From positions 1 to 61,765 of the forward strand of contig JAJZNA010000007.1 of the NCBI GenBank assembly GCA_021848065.1: a stretch of DNA of 61,765 bases. Reading direction: 5' to 3'. This DNA comes from Candidatus Micrarchaeota archaeon. Lineage in GTDB: Archaea > Micrarchaeota > Micrarchaeia > Micrarchaeales > CABMGC01. Each line of letters begins with the position of its first letter. The stretch's first letter is position 1. Made by a program: the position numbers and the translations under genes. The notes below the pieces were generated by a model that made no database searches, had not been told where the DNA came from, and saw only the letters and a program-made list of their open reading frames with translations. This document shows positions 26,583 to 36,122 of this stretch, one piece after another.

Positions 26583-27397
26583 CCATAATAGACTGGGCGC
26601 TTGCCAACTATAACGAGCTTTTCGTATCAGGAGCCATAATACTAGTATCCATTGTAATAGCAAAGATAGCATCAGTGATAATACGAAGGAGAATGTACGG
26701 GAGCTACTCCAACCACATTGCCAAACTTACAGGCAGGTTCGCATATTATGTAATTGTTATAGTCGGCCTCCTGCTGGCGATAGGCAATATGGGAATAAGC
26801 CTTTCTTCAATAATAGTTGCTGGAGGGCTTGCTGGGATAGTACTGGGACTGGCGGCGCAGTCAAGCGTATCAAACCTCATTGCAGGGATTCTGCTCATAG
26901 GGGACAAACCGTTCAAATCCGGGGATTTTATAACGTACGGGGACCTTACCGTAGGCATAATAGAGGTTGGGCTTCTGTCCACGCAGGCAGCCACTTGGGA
27001 AGGAGTGCGTGTGAGGATACCAAATAACCAGCTGTTTAACTCGAATGTAATGAACTACACGCGATCCGTTGCAAGGCTAGTGAGAACCCAGATAACGCTA
27101 TTCTACGAGGAGGACTTTGACAGGATCGCGAAGGCAATAAGCGATGCGTTCGCTAAGCAATGGTATGTGCTTGTTGAACCTGCACCACAGGTATTCGCAG
27201 TTCAGTTCACTAATACTGGAGTGGTCCTGGAAGTAAGAGTATGGACTGCAGGCACAACGTGGGGTAACCTATATTTCGAAATGCCGAAAATGATAACAGA
27301 TACGCTCAAGGGGCTCGGAGTGAAGTTTGCATACCAGAAACAGATATATGTGGATGTAGAACACACAGGCCCAGAAACTTCAGCCAAAAGAAAATGA
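26579..27397 (+). CDS. mscS: Small-conductance mechanosensitive channel
   Basis: GLAAQSSVSNLIAGI, KPFKSGD, RIPNNQLF, NYTR. Confidence 0.93.
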   Translation: MTIIDWALANYNELFVSGAIILVSIVIAKIASVIIRRRMYGSYSNHIAKLTGRFAYYVIVIVGLLLAIGNMGISLSSIIVAGGLAGIVLGLAAQSSVSNLIAGILLIGDKPFKSGDFITYGDLTVGIIEVGLLSTQAATWEGVRVRIPNNQLFNSNVMNYTRSVARLVRTQITLFYEEDFDRIAKAISDAFAKQWYVLVEPAPQVFAVQFTNTGVVLEVRVWTAGTTWGNLYFEMPKMITDTLKGLGVKFAYQKQIYVDVEHTGPETSAKRK

Positions 27398-27418
27398 TTT
27401 TGCTGTAGAAAATAAATA

Positions 27419-27492
27419 CGGGGAGTCCGTGATTTGAACACGGGTCACCACCTCCCGAAGGTGGAAGCCTAACCAGACTAGCAGAACTCCCC
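27419..27492 (-). tRNA. tRNA-Pro(CGG)
   Basis: GGGGAGT/ACTCCCC acceptor stem; CCACC-TTCGGGA-GGTGG anticodon arm; CCGTG-TTCAAAT-CACGG T arm; no CCA encoded. Confidence 0.93.
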
Positions 27493-28578
27493 TTAAAGTA
27501 TTATTGCGCCTTTGTCAGTGACGAGGATGTCGTCCTCTACCCTTGCCCCTCCGAAGCCAGGTATGTAAATGCCAGGCTCTACGGAGGTTATCATTCCAGG
27601 CTGAAGTTTCAGATCGGATCTTGGGCTAAGGAATCCCCTTGAGCCGTCATGGACATCTATGCCTATTGAATGGCCCAAAGCATGTATAAATGTTCCCTTG
27701 TACTTCCCGCCATAGGCAGTGTCTATGTAGGACTGGGCTATGGAGTGTATGCTGGATCCGGAAGCGCCTTTCTTTATGGCAGCTATCGCATTCTTCTGAG
27801 CTGACAGGACAGTTTCCAATACCCTCATCTTCTCCGCGTACCTGCTGTCCCTCCCAAAGATTATTGTGCGCGTTATGTCAGAGCAGTAGTTCCTGACCTT
27901 GACGCCCACATCCATAAGCACGAAATCCCCTTTCTTCAGCTTCGTAGTATCGGGGCTGTGGTGAGGCAGGGCAGCATTGGCACCGAAGCAGACTATGGTA
28001 CTGAATGAGAGCCCGTCGCAGCCCAGCTTGAGCGCGTGGGATTCGAATATCGCAGCCAGCTCCTTCTCGGTCATGCCTTCCTTGAGATGTTTATGGGATT
28101 CTGAAATAGCCTCCTTTGTTATCCTTGCGGCCTTTCTTATCCGGTCAATCTCGGGCTTGGACTTTATCTCCCTTGCCTTTTCGAAGGCCCTGGACACGTC
28201 AACTACGCTCTTAGGCTTGAGCTTCTTCTTTATGTTAATATAAGTCAGGTATGGGAGGAATCCGAGGTTAGCGCCTATCTTGCGGCCCGATACCTTCTTC
28301 TTAAGTTCCTCGAACTTCGCCTTGCTGTTAAGGTTTACCACAGACATCCCTTTCGGAGCCTGCCTCAGCGCAGTTTCATACTCCAAGCTGTACGTGAATA
28401 ATGTTGCCTTTTTCCTTTCTAGAAGGAGTATGCTGCTCTCAAAAAGGCCGCTGCTGAAGTCTGCCATGTACGTGAAATTGGGATCCTGCTGGCCTGTATT
28501 CGCTATAAGTATGCAGTCAAGGTCTCCTGAAGCCTTGAATACGTTGTCCAGTTTTGCCCTCAGCCACGTGTCTGACAT
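27493..28578 (-). CDS. Xaa-Pro aminopeptidase/prolidase (M24)
   Basis: PHH, MDVG, SDITRT, HALGHSIG, VEPGIY, RVEDD. Confidence 0.95.
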   Translation of the reverse strand: MSDTWLRAKLDNVFKASGDLDCILIANTGQQDPNFTYMADFSSGLFESSILLLERKKATLFTYSLEYETALRQAPKGMSVVNLNSKAKFEELKKKVSGRKIGANLGFLPYLTYINIKKKLKPKSVVDVSRAFEKAREIKSKPEIDRIRKAARITKEAISESHKHLKEGMTEKELAAIFESHALKLGCDGLSFSTIVCFGANAALPHHSPDTTKLKKGDFVLMDVGVKVRNYCSDITRTIIFGRDSRYAEKMRVLETVLSAQKNAIAAIKKGASGSSIHSIAQSYIDTAYGGKYKGTFIHALGHSIGIDVHDGSRGFLSPRSDLKLQPGMITSVEPGIYIPGFGGARVEDDILVTDKGAIIL

Positions 28579-29029
28579 TTAAGAATACCCTGAGCCTATT
28601 AACGATATGGGATTCATTAATAAAAACGTTAGTATAGCCCGTATGGTGCACTATATCGCCCAGGGATGCCCAACGGTATGCACTGTTTTCAAGATCCAGC
28701 CTTACTGAACTGGTTCTTGAGCGAAAGACGAAAACGCCATTTGACCATGATATCATCTTCCTATCGTCCTTAAGAGTTTCTTCTGTCTCCAGTAGGAGCA
28801 TCAGGTCCCTATCGGCTATACCCACCTCTTCCTTTATCTCCCGGTACGCTGCCTCAAGGCGGCCTTCGCCGCGATCCAGTGAGCCGGAAAGGAAGGCCCA
28901 TATGCCCCTATTGATCAGGAGAGGTATATTCCTTCTCTTTAGAAGTAGGACTTTACTACCGTGGATTATTATGGCGGTTATGCCATCCTTTTCTACATGT
29001 TTATACCCGTTTGCACCGTACATCGCCAT
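28517..29029 (-). CDS. NUDIX hydrolase
   Basis: SGSLDRGEGRLEAAYREIKEEVG Nudix box. Confidence 0.9.
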   Translation of the reverse strand: MAMYGANGYKHVEKDGITAIIIHGSKVLLLKRRNIPLLINRGIWAFLSGSLDRGEGRLEAAYREIKEEVGIADRDLMLLLETEETLKDDRKMISWSNGVFVFRSRTSSVRLDLENSAYRWASLGDIVHHTGYTNVFINESHIVNRLRVFLNVRHVAEGKTGQRIQGFRRP

Positions 29030-29068
29030 GCTAATAAATCACTATTCCCAGCTATATAATAGGCCATC

Positions 29069-30274
29069 ATGCACGACTACACGGAAGTTGTACGCTCAAG
29101 GGCAGTATATGCCAACATGAAGGACCCGAGGTTCCTGAAGTACTACTACAAATTTCAGACCGTAGAGAAGATGGTTGGAAAGGAGGTATATGGCTCATCT
29201 CCGCCAGACATATTCGTTGGCAGATTCGGATATCCTAACGTGAACATTGGCCCCATGGTGCCCCCCGAACTAGGCGATACCACCATAATGGGATCTCCCG
29301 AGATGTGGGTAGGCAAGTCAATCGAAGACATAGTGAAGTTCAGATCTAACCTGGTGAGGGGCATGTACCGCACAAAGGTTAGCAATGCGGATAATGGGAA
29401 GGTAGAGGAGATGGTGGCAGAGCTGGCATTGGCAGACAGGTGCAGCACAGTTCAGGAGGTACTGAAGCACAAGCCGGTGCTGAAGATGAGCTTTGACGAG
29501 AATAGCCAGCCTTACGGGCCGAGCGCCACGATGGAGAGCATGAGCATAGAGAACAGCAGGGCCAACCCACAGGTGGAGAGCGCTTATTTCGATACTGCAA
29601 TGACAGCAACAAATGCCATAGTGGAGCTTTACCAGAAAGGGGTGCTCGTGTCAAAGATACAGAAGTCCCTATCGGCAGGCGTGCTTGGCGTCGGGAAGAA
29701 CAGGAAGTTCGTGCCTACGAGATGGAGCATAACAGCAGTTGACGATACTCTGGGAAAGCACAAGCTACGCGCGGTGAAAAGCTATGAGCCCATAGACAGC
29801 ATACGGGTCTACAGGACAGTCGCCCTAGACAACAGATGGCTGGTCATAATGATACCTGGATCTTGGGAGTATGAGCTTGTAGAGGCGTGGTACCCAAACA
29901 CAACGTGGAACGAGAGCAAGAGAAACATTGACATCTTTTCCTCTTATGAAGGATTCTCAGGTAGGAAGACTTACGCAGAGATAGGTGGATGTTACTATGC
30001 AGCAAGGCTTGCTTCTGCAGAGCTGCTCGATAAGGTTAGGAGACAGGCGAAGGTCGTGATCCTTAGGGAGGCGCACAGCGGTTACATAATGCCAGTGGGA
30101 GTATGGAATGTGAGGGAGCATGTGCGCCAGGCCCTTAAGGGAGAGCCAATAATCCTTGAGAGCATGGGCCAGCTTTTCGATCTCGTAAAGTCAGTAATGG
30201 ACATAGAAATCCCCACCTGGATACAGAACAGCGCCTTGCTTAAGACATACCTTAAACAGAAGAGGCTGGTTTAG
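29069..30274 (+). CDS. nreA: Archaeal DNA repair protein NreA
   Basis: GSSPPDIFVGRFGYP, VPTRWSITAVDD, GGCYYAARL, PVGVWNVRE. Confidence 0.93.
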   Translation: MHDYTEVVRSRAVYANMKDPRFLKYYYKFQTVEKMVGKEVYGSSPPDIFVGRFGYPNVNIGPMVPPELGDTTIMGSPEMWVGKSIEDIVKFRSNLVRGMYRTKVSNADNGKVEEMVAELALADRCSTVQEVLKHKPVLKMSFDENSQPYGPSATMESMSIENSRANPQVESAYFDTAMTATNAIVELYQKGVLVSKIQKSLSAGVLGVGKNRKFVPTRWSITAVDDTLGKHKLRAVKSYEPIDSIRVYRTVALDNRWLVIMIPGSWEYELVEAWYPNTTWNESKRNIDIFSSYEGFSGRKTYAEIGGCYYAARLASAELLDKVRRQAKVVILREAHSGYIMPVGVWNVREHVRQALKGEPIILESMGQLFDLVKSVMDIEIPTWIQNSALLKTYLKQKRLV

Positions 30275-32477
30275 CCGCTTCGGCAGGGCTTTGGGCCAGC
30301 GCTATTGAATTCTCTATCCCACCAGTTATGGTGAACTCATGCGTGTCCCTCTTTTTATCTCCGCGCAAAACAAATTTGTACGTTTTGCCCTTAAGCAGGC
30401 CCGGTATGGATATTTCATCTCCGGCGTTGTCGCTATGCACCTTCTCGCCAAGGTAGCGTACCTCCACCCGATGCGCCTTGTCAGGTAAGGCGCCTTCAAA
30501 ACGTACAATTGTATCTGGCACGGGGAATTTTCTAGCGCGCTCCATGGGTTTCTGGGCCTTATGGTAAAATTCAGGCGCCTTTAGGAAGATCGGGTCTGCA
30601 GGCGATTTGCCTGCATCAGATACTTCGATGTAATTTGCAGCACATGTTCCCTGTGGGAGAGTCTTTAGCATCCCGATGACATCGTCCTTCTCCGCCTCGC
30701 CGAATGGAAGGTCGTTAGCTGCATGCTTTGCGGCGTCAGGGCTCTGCCTGAAGTAAAGCTTAAGCTGGCAGAGCTGGCGGATTGACTGGCTTATATCAAT
30801 GGCGTTGTGGGTTATCAGCATCAGCCCTATGCCCTTCTTCCTGAAGTCCTGTATCCTCTGCCTGAGGTCTGACGTTGCTGCGGTGTCTTCATCGTCCCCA
30901 AATATGAGGTGCGCCTCCTCTACGCACAGCAGCATCCTAAGTTCGTTGTCCCCGTAAACATCGAACTCGCCCGCCATGCTATAGGCCTGATTAAGGAGGA
31001 ACGCATACAGGATGGGCTTCATGCTGTTGCTTATGCCCGAAAGATCGAACACGACGCCGGTGCGCATGCATGAGCGCATGCTGATCCCACCGGCATATGC
31101 GAACTGGGGCTTCATGAGCAGATGCCGCATGTTTTCCAGAGAGGAACGTATGTTTTCCCCATGTTTGGTGTATTTGATGGACGTTGCGGTCTTTGTTGCA
31201 TGCTGTTCAACCACGGCGTCTTCGATCTCATTGTATACCTCTTCGGGATCTGGATCGTGCGACCTTGAGTACGCTTTTGTAAATGCCGAAAGTAGGCATT
31301 TTTCCAGTGAGTTCCGATATGGACCGGCATTTGATGCAGACGCTATGAGAGTTGACAAATCCTCGTAGAATGCATGCGCAGAGCGTGACTCGCATCTGAA
31401 GAGGTTGAGCCTTATGGAGGGATTTGAGAGGTCTATGGTGCGCATTCCCCCGTCTTCGCAGAATCCATTCCATTCTGAGGTGGGGGATATTACCATGGTG
31501 AACACGCCCCCTGATGCATAGATTTGCGAGGTTATGCTCTTTGCAGAGAGAGTCTTGCCTGTGCCAGGCACGCCGCTTATCATGGTGCCTAGGTTGAACG
31601 TGCTGCGCTCAACTCCGATCGGCCCAGCATTATGTGCATTGGGGCTTGCAGGTTTCCCTATGCTTATGTTGCCATTTATTAGCGGCACTTTTGAGGCTAT
31701 GGACTTGGATCTCTTGATTCGATTGGACAGCCACAGCAGCTTTGAGGCGGAGCTGTGCGGCATCGGTATCCCTTCGCACTGGAAGAGGTAGAGGTATAGG
31801 GAGGTTAAATCTGGGCTGTTAACTATGCTTTCAGTAAGTACGACAGAATTGGATCGTATATATGCACATATGCCTGCAGAATCATCGGTATTTTCAACGG
31901 CGATGCACACGCGGTAAGACGAGTGTCTCGACAGTATCGACTGGTTTACGCTATCAAGCATGGAAAACAGCAGCTTCTTACGATCAGAGCCGTAATAGAG
32001 GTCCGCATGTACACTGCCATGCCTGGATGGCAGGCCCAAAGCGGCTGCGTCGGTAGTTGACCTTACACTTATACCGCTTATCCTTCTCTCAATCTCCGCC
32101 TTGATATGCATCGAGCGCACCGGATCTGCAGGGAAGAAGAACGAGATGACCTCTGGGCCGTTATTGAAGAGGTCATATATGCCCGGGCGGCGCACCTCGC
32201 TTTCGTCGCGCCGGGTCTTGTTGGCATCTTCCCTCGCCATCACCTGGAAACAGGTAATGCTGCGGTTGAAGCTAGTGTATCCTGCCTCCTGCCTTGAGGT
32301 TATGCCCATTCCAGAAAGCATTTTATACAGTGACTGATCTTCACAGGCAATGCCAGTGACTCCTGAGCGCAGGTCATGGCGTAGCGCAAATGGATAGTTA
32401 CCCATAGAATGGAGAAGTGATTCTGCATCAATATAATCAGGTATTGATGTCAGCAAGGATAGGTTAAGCGATGTCAT
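30252..32477 (-). CDS. HerA/VirB4-like (DUF87-type) P-loop ATPase
   Basis: Walker A GVPGTGKT; Walker B LLCVEEAH; RKKGIGLMLITH; long uncharacterised N-terminus. Confidence 0.85.
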   Translation of the reverse strand: MTSLNLSLLTSIPDYIDAESLLHSMGNYPFALRHDLRSGVTGIACEDQSLYKMLSGMGITSRQEAGYTSFNRSITCFQVMAREDANKTRRDESEVRRPGIYDLFNNGPEVISFFFPADPVRSMHIKAEIERRISGISVRSTTDAAALGLPSRHGSVHADLYYGSDRKKLLFSMLDSVNQSILSRHSSYRVCIAVENTDDSAGICAYIRSNSVVLTESIVNSPDLTSLYLYLFQCEGIPMPHSSASKLLWLSNRIKRSKSIASKVPLINGNISIGKPASPNAHNAGPIGVERSTFNLGTMISGVPGTGKTLSAKSITSQIYASGGVFTMVISPTSEWNGFCEDGGMRTIDLSNPSIRLNLFRCESRSAHAFYEDLSTLIASASNAGPYRNSLEKCLLSAFTKAYSRSHDPDPEEVYNEIEDAVVEQHATKTATSIKYTKHGENIRSSLENMRHLLMKPQFAYAGGISMRSCMRTGVVFDLSGISNSMKPILYAFLLNQAYSMAGEFDVYGDNELRMLLCVEEAHLIFGDDEDTAATSDLRQRIQDFRKKGIGLMLITHNAIDISQSIRQLCQLKLYFRQSPDAAKHAANDLPFGEAEKDDVIGMLKTLPQGTCAANYIEVSDAGKSPADPIFLKAPEFYHKAQKPMERARKFPVPDTIVRFEGALPDKAHRVEVRYLGEKVHSDNAGDEISIPGLLKGKTYKFVLRGDKKRDTHEFTITGGIENSIALAQSPAEAAKPASSV

Positions 32478-32492
32478 TTGCATCCCACAGGG

Positions 32493-33326
32493 CTACACAG
32501 GTAATTTTGGGGCAGGGGCAATTTTCCCCGTAAGTTCTGTGCTAGGCATGCCATATATCCATGCGTACCTGGCCATCGCCTTGGAACTGTATAGGCATTC
32601 TGCAGACATGGGATAGATCTCCCTTGACTGGAACATGTCCCTTCCAGCTAGCTCCACGCCTTCATCTATCTCCCCACGGCTCAGCCAAGAGTATTCGTGT
32701 ATCCTTATTTCCCCATCGCTACGTGCAGTTACTGAGAGGTCCATGGAGCTTATTCTCACAGGATCTTTGTGAAGGAACTGGGAGGAAAGTTTTGCCATCA
32801 ATGGGGCGCCGCAAGCGTCAAAGCGCGAAGCGGATATATATGACGATCCGAAAGCCAGGGCACTAAACACGGATGCGGACCCGGGAGATGTTATTTCGTC
32901 GACCACAAGCCGGTCGGGATGTGATTGGAGCGCCTTGTCTATGCACGGCCTGATGAGGCGTGCTGAGCGGCCATAGACATATCTGGAACAAAATGGGAGG
33001 CTGCCGGAGTGCACCGAGCCCAAATCTTTTGACACGATGGCAGTGGCGCAGCCTTGCGGTATCAGGGACACAAGGGTGTCAAGAAGGGCTGACCTTAAGT
33101 GCGGGATAGGGCTGCATACGAGTATGCTAAGGTTTGCTTCCAGGGCAACTGAAAGGTATGATTCCAGGCATTTATCAATGTGCAATCCATTGGATGGGGC
33201 TTTGTACTGGTCGCTATCGTAATATGGAAGCTGCTTGAGGAGATATGCGTCCAGGCCCCTGTCTGACCACAAGGTCCTGGCCATGGCGGCGGTGATTGAT
33301 AGGCGGTCTTGCAGTTTTATCGTCAT
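32493..33326 (-). CDS. Degenerate VirB11/TadA/FlaI-like secretion ATPase homolog
   Basis: SILVCSPIPHLRSALL at the Walker A position; ALQSHPDRLVVDEI matches ALRxxPDRIIVGEV. Confidence 0.7.
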   Translation of the reverse strand: MTIKLQDRLSITAAMARTLWSDRGLDAYLLKQLPYYDSDQYKAPSNGLHIDKCLESYLSVALEANLSILVCSPIPHLRSALLDTLVSLIPQGCATAIVSKDLGSVHSGSLPFCSRYVYGRSARLIRPCIDKALQSHPDRLVVDEITSPGSASVFSALAFGSSYISASRFDACGAPLMAKLSSQFLHKDPVRISSMDLSVTARSDGEIRIHEYSWLSRGEIDEGVELAGRDMFQSREIYPMSAECLYSSKAMARYAWIYGMPSTELTGKIAPAPKLPV

Positions 33327-33548
33327 TGAAATACCCCTTGTAACTATTTTACTTAAGTATAATATCTTATATTATAGTATAAGAATTAATATAGTTTACG
33401 GAGGATATGCCCTGTGGCTTTGTCCGGAAGCCCTGAATTTCGCGAATGTAGGATACATAGGCATGGCATCAGATACATACGCAGGTATGGGCATAAAACC
33501 TGAGATATGTTTATAAAAGTTAATGTACAAGCATTACTTGGTGGACTT

Positions 33549-33878
33549 ATGGCCAAGGCTGAAAAGGACAACGACGAGATATGGCTCGTAAGGAGGATAC
33601 TTAGCAAACCTAACTATGCTGTGCTTAAGCTTCTCATGATTAAATCCCCAAGGACCACAAGGGAACTTTATACAATACTTGGCAAGAAATTTACCAGGAA
33701 GACTCTTATAATAACGCTGAGGAATCTCTCGATGAACCTCAACGTTCTCCAACCAACCCACATAAGGACCGAGCGCGGATATGACCTCGGATATAACATA
33801 AATCCCAAGCTAAAGGAGGTTATAAGGTCTGTGGAGAAATTCGAGAAGACGGTAGAGTCCATAACCTCTGTCAAATGA
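33549..33878 (+). CDS. Winged-helix DNA-binding protein
   Basis: ILSKPNYAVLKLL..SPRTTRELY...TRKTL...GYNINP; GGTG-N5-ATG. Confidence 0.75.
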   Translation: MAKAEKDNDEIWLVRRILSKPNYAVLKLLMIKSPRTTRELYTILGKKFTRKTLIITLRNLSMNLNVLQPTHIRTERGYDLGYNINPKLKEVIRSVEKFEKTVESITSVK

Positions 33879-33944
33879 ACAGTTATTGGGAATGATTGCT
33901 ACCTTCCAGCAAGCTATTTAAATGTATGCTGCAATAATATGTGC

Positions 33945-34059
33945 GTCAAACGGCCATAGGAGCGGGGAAACACCCGAACCCATTCCGAACTCGGCAGTTA
34001 AGACCGCTCACGATATGAAATACTGCCCTAACAGGCGGGAACGCATATTGCTGTTTGAC
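33945..34059 (+). rRNA. rrf: 5S rRNA (stand-alone)
   Basis: GTCAAAC/GTTTGAC terminal helix; CGGCCATAG, ACCCGAACCCATTCCGAACTCGG, GTTAAG; upstream TATTTAAA. Confidence 0.95.
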
Positions 34060-34061
34060 AC

Positions 34062-35087
34062 TTATTTTTCTCTGCGATACATCTCCTCTATTGAGGAGAG
34101 CAATATATCCCTGTAGCTATTGCTAGGTATCTCGCCGCTGAATTGTTTGACAGCCTCCTTGGCCTTATCCGCATACGTCTTGGCCCTTCCCCTTGCATAT
34201 TCTACGCTGCCGTACTTCTCAGCTATGCCGGCTAGGAATGATATCTCTTCAGGGGTCTTCTGCTGCCTCTGCTTGCTGAAGATCCGGTCTGTCTCCTTCT
34301 TTTCCGAGTCGCTTGAACTTTCGTATGCATGGAGCATTATCAAGGTCAGCTTGCCTTCGTAGAGATCGCCGTACCTCTGCTTCCCGAAGACTTTCTCATC
34401 GGCAGTCATGTCCAGCACATCGTCTATTATCTGGAATGCCACGCCTGCAGGATATCCTATCTCCCTAAGTGCATGCAGCTTGGCATCAGATGCGCCTGCA
34501 GCTATGGCACCCAGCTGCATAGGGCCATAGACGGTGTAGTAACAGGTCTTGCTGGACACTATGTCAAGGTATAGCTTCTCTGAAGCTTTCGAGAGGCTTT
34601 TGGAATTGAGTATGAAATTGGTTTCTAGATACTGCCCTTCAACGGTCCTCTCCAGCATGTCATAGAATGTATCGAAGAGACGTGAGCCACGCTGCCCTGC
34701 TGCGCTGACCATGTAGTCCTTCAGGGCCTTCCACATGGAGATATGGACGGCATCACCTGCATTTATGGCCAGCTCGTTGCCGTGTATCTTGTGCAGTGCT
34801 GGCTTGCCGCGCCTGGACTCGGAATTGTCCTCTATGTCATCGTGTATGAGGATCCAGTCTTCGGACATCTGCATGGCTGCGGCCGGAAGGAAAAGGTTCT
34901 CTGGCTTCTCACCAAACATCTCGCCGGTCAGGAGTATGAAACCTGCGCGGCGGTAGCTCCCCATGCGCTCGCTGTAGTCCCTTACCATCCTGTAATGGGC
35001 CTCAGGCTCCTTGAGGGGAAGGTACTCCATTATCTTGGAGTATACGGAATCACGGTACTTTGACACGTACTCCTTGAAGCTGGTCAT
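34062..35087 (-). CDS. Polyprenyl (geranylgeranyl) diphosphate synthase
   Basis: LIHDDIED..RRG, GQ, KT, FQIIDDVLD. Confidence 0.95.
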   Translation of the reverse strand: MTSFKEYVSKYRDSVYSKIMEYLPLKEPEAHYRMVRDYSERMGSYRRAGFILLTGEMFGEKPENLFLPAAAMQMSEDWILIHDDIEDNSESRRGKPALHKIHGNELAINAGDAVHISMWKALKDYMVSAAGQRGSRLFDTFYDMLERTVEGQYLETNFILNSKSLSKASEKLYLDIVSSKTCYYTVYGPMQLGAIAAGASDAKLHALREIGYPAGVAFQIIDDVLDMTADEKVFGKQRYGDLYEGKLTLIMLHAYESSSDSEKKETDRIFSKQRQQKTPEEISFLAGIAEKYGSVEYARGRAKTYADKAKEAVKQFSGEIPSNSYRDILLSSIEEMYRREK

Positions 35088-35168
35088 TGGAACACTGATT
35101 TGGGATAACGCAACGCCACCAGGTGCACCGCATCAGAGGTGCATCGGGTGCTGTGAAGCGCCGTGGCT

Positions 35169-35636
35169 TTATATCTTGACTTCCCCGCTGGATATCTTTG
35201 CAAGCATCTCCTTTGCATTGATGCCCTCTACGGTTATGTTCATTGACTTGCACGTCCCTATTACCTGCTTTACGCGTGAAGTGAGGCTATTACCATACAT
35301 TGAGGCCTCCTTCGCCTGCGCTATCTTCTTGACTACGTCAATGGTTATGTTCCCTACCACTTCTTCCTTGGTCTTCGCGCCCTTCTGCAGGTGCAGCTCC
35401 TTGAGTATAAGTGCGCTCGTTGTGGGGCTGCCTACCTCAACCTTGAATTCCTTTGTCTCCTTGTTCACGACAACTTTGACAGGCACCTTTATGCCTTCGA
35501 AGGACTTCGTCTTTGAGTTTATCTCAGCCACTATGCTTGCGGTGTTCACTCCGAGGGGACCAAGTGCAGGCCCAAAGGGTGGACCGGATGTAGCCTTGCC
35601 ACCTTCTATAAGTCCGTTTACAACTACTTCAGTCAT
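35169..35636 (-). CDS. rpl11: 50S ribosomal protein uL11
   Basis: GGKATSGPPFGPALGPLG, GTCKSM. Confidence 0.97.
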   Translation of the reverse strand: MTEVVVNGLIEGGKATSGPPFGPALGPLGVNTASIVAEINSKTKSFEGIKVPVKVVVNKETKEFKVEVGSPTTSALILKELHLQKGAKTKEEVVGNITIDVVKKIAQAKEASMYGNSLTSRVKQVIGTCKSMNITVEGINAKEMLAKISSGEVKI

Positions 35637-35640
35637 ATGA

Positions 35641-36084
35641 TCACTCTTTCGCTTTTTCTATTATCCTTGCCATGTTGGCCTTTGTAGTGACAGGTATTGG
35701 GACTGCAACATCCATAAGCTCTACGGTTATCTCGTCCTTCGCCTGGTCTACCTTTATTACCTTTGCCTTATAGCCCTTGAACGGCCCGGCAAAGAACTCT
35801 ATAGTGTCAGCAACATTTATCTCCTGTACTGCCTGCTTGGATGCGAGCATCTTTACAAGCTCCGATTCCTCCAGAGGCTTTGAGAGCATTCCCTTTACAT
35901 GGGGCTCATTGAGTATGAGGTCCCTGCACGCGATCTCGTTGGCAGCCTCTATTACAAGATAGCCACGCATGCCATAGGGCATCACCATTGAGTATATGTC
36001 CGTATTGTTCTTGGAGATCTTGTTCTGCAGAACGTCCGCAGTTATCTTCTCCTGGCTTGCGGTTACCCTTACGATGAAATACAC
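35641..36084 (-). CDS. spt5: Transcription elongation factor Spt5
   Basis: NGN domain (RGYLVIEA) plus KOW (GPFKGYKAKV), PIPVT. Confidence 0.96.
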   Translation of the reverse strand: MYFIVRVTASQEKITADVLQNKISKNNTDIYSMVMPYGMRGYLVIEAANEIACRDLILNEPHVKGMLSKPLEESELVKMLASKQAVQEINVADTIEFFAGPFKGYKAKVIKVDQAKDEITVELMDVAVPIPVTTKANMARIIEKAKE

Positions 36085-36122
36085 TCGATCACTTTTTAAT
36101 TGTTATTAATTGATATCAGTTT

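Noticed and set aside
35110-35166. GC-rich hairpin between rpl11 and the prenyl synthase
   Set aside because: Short; adequately explained as a processing or stability stem
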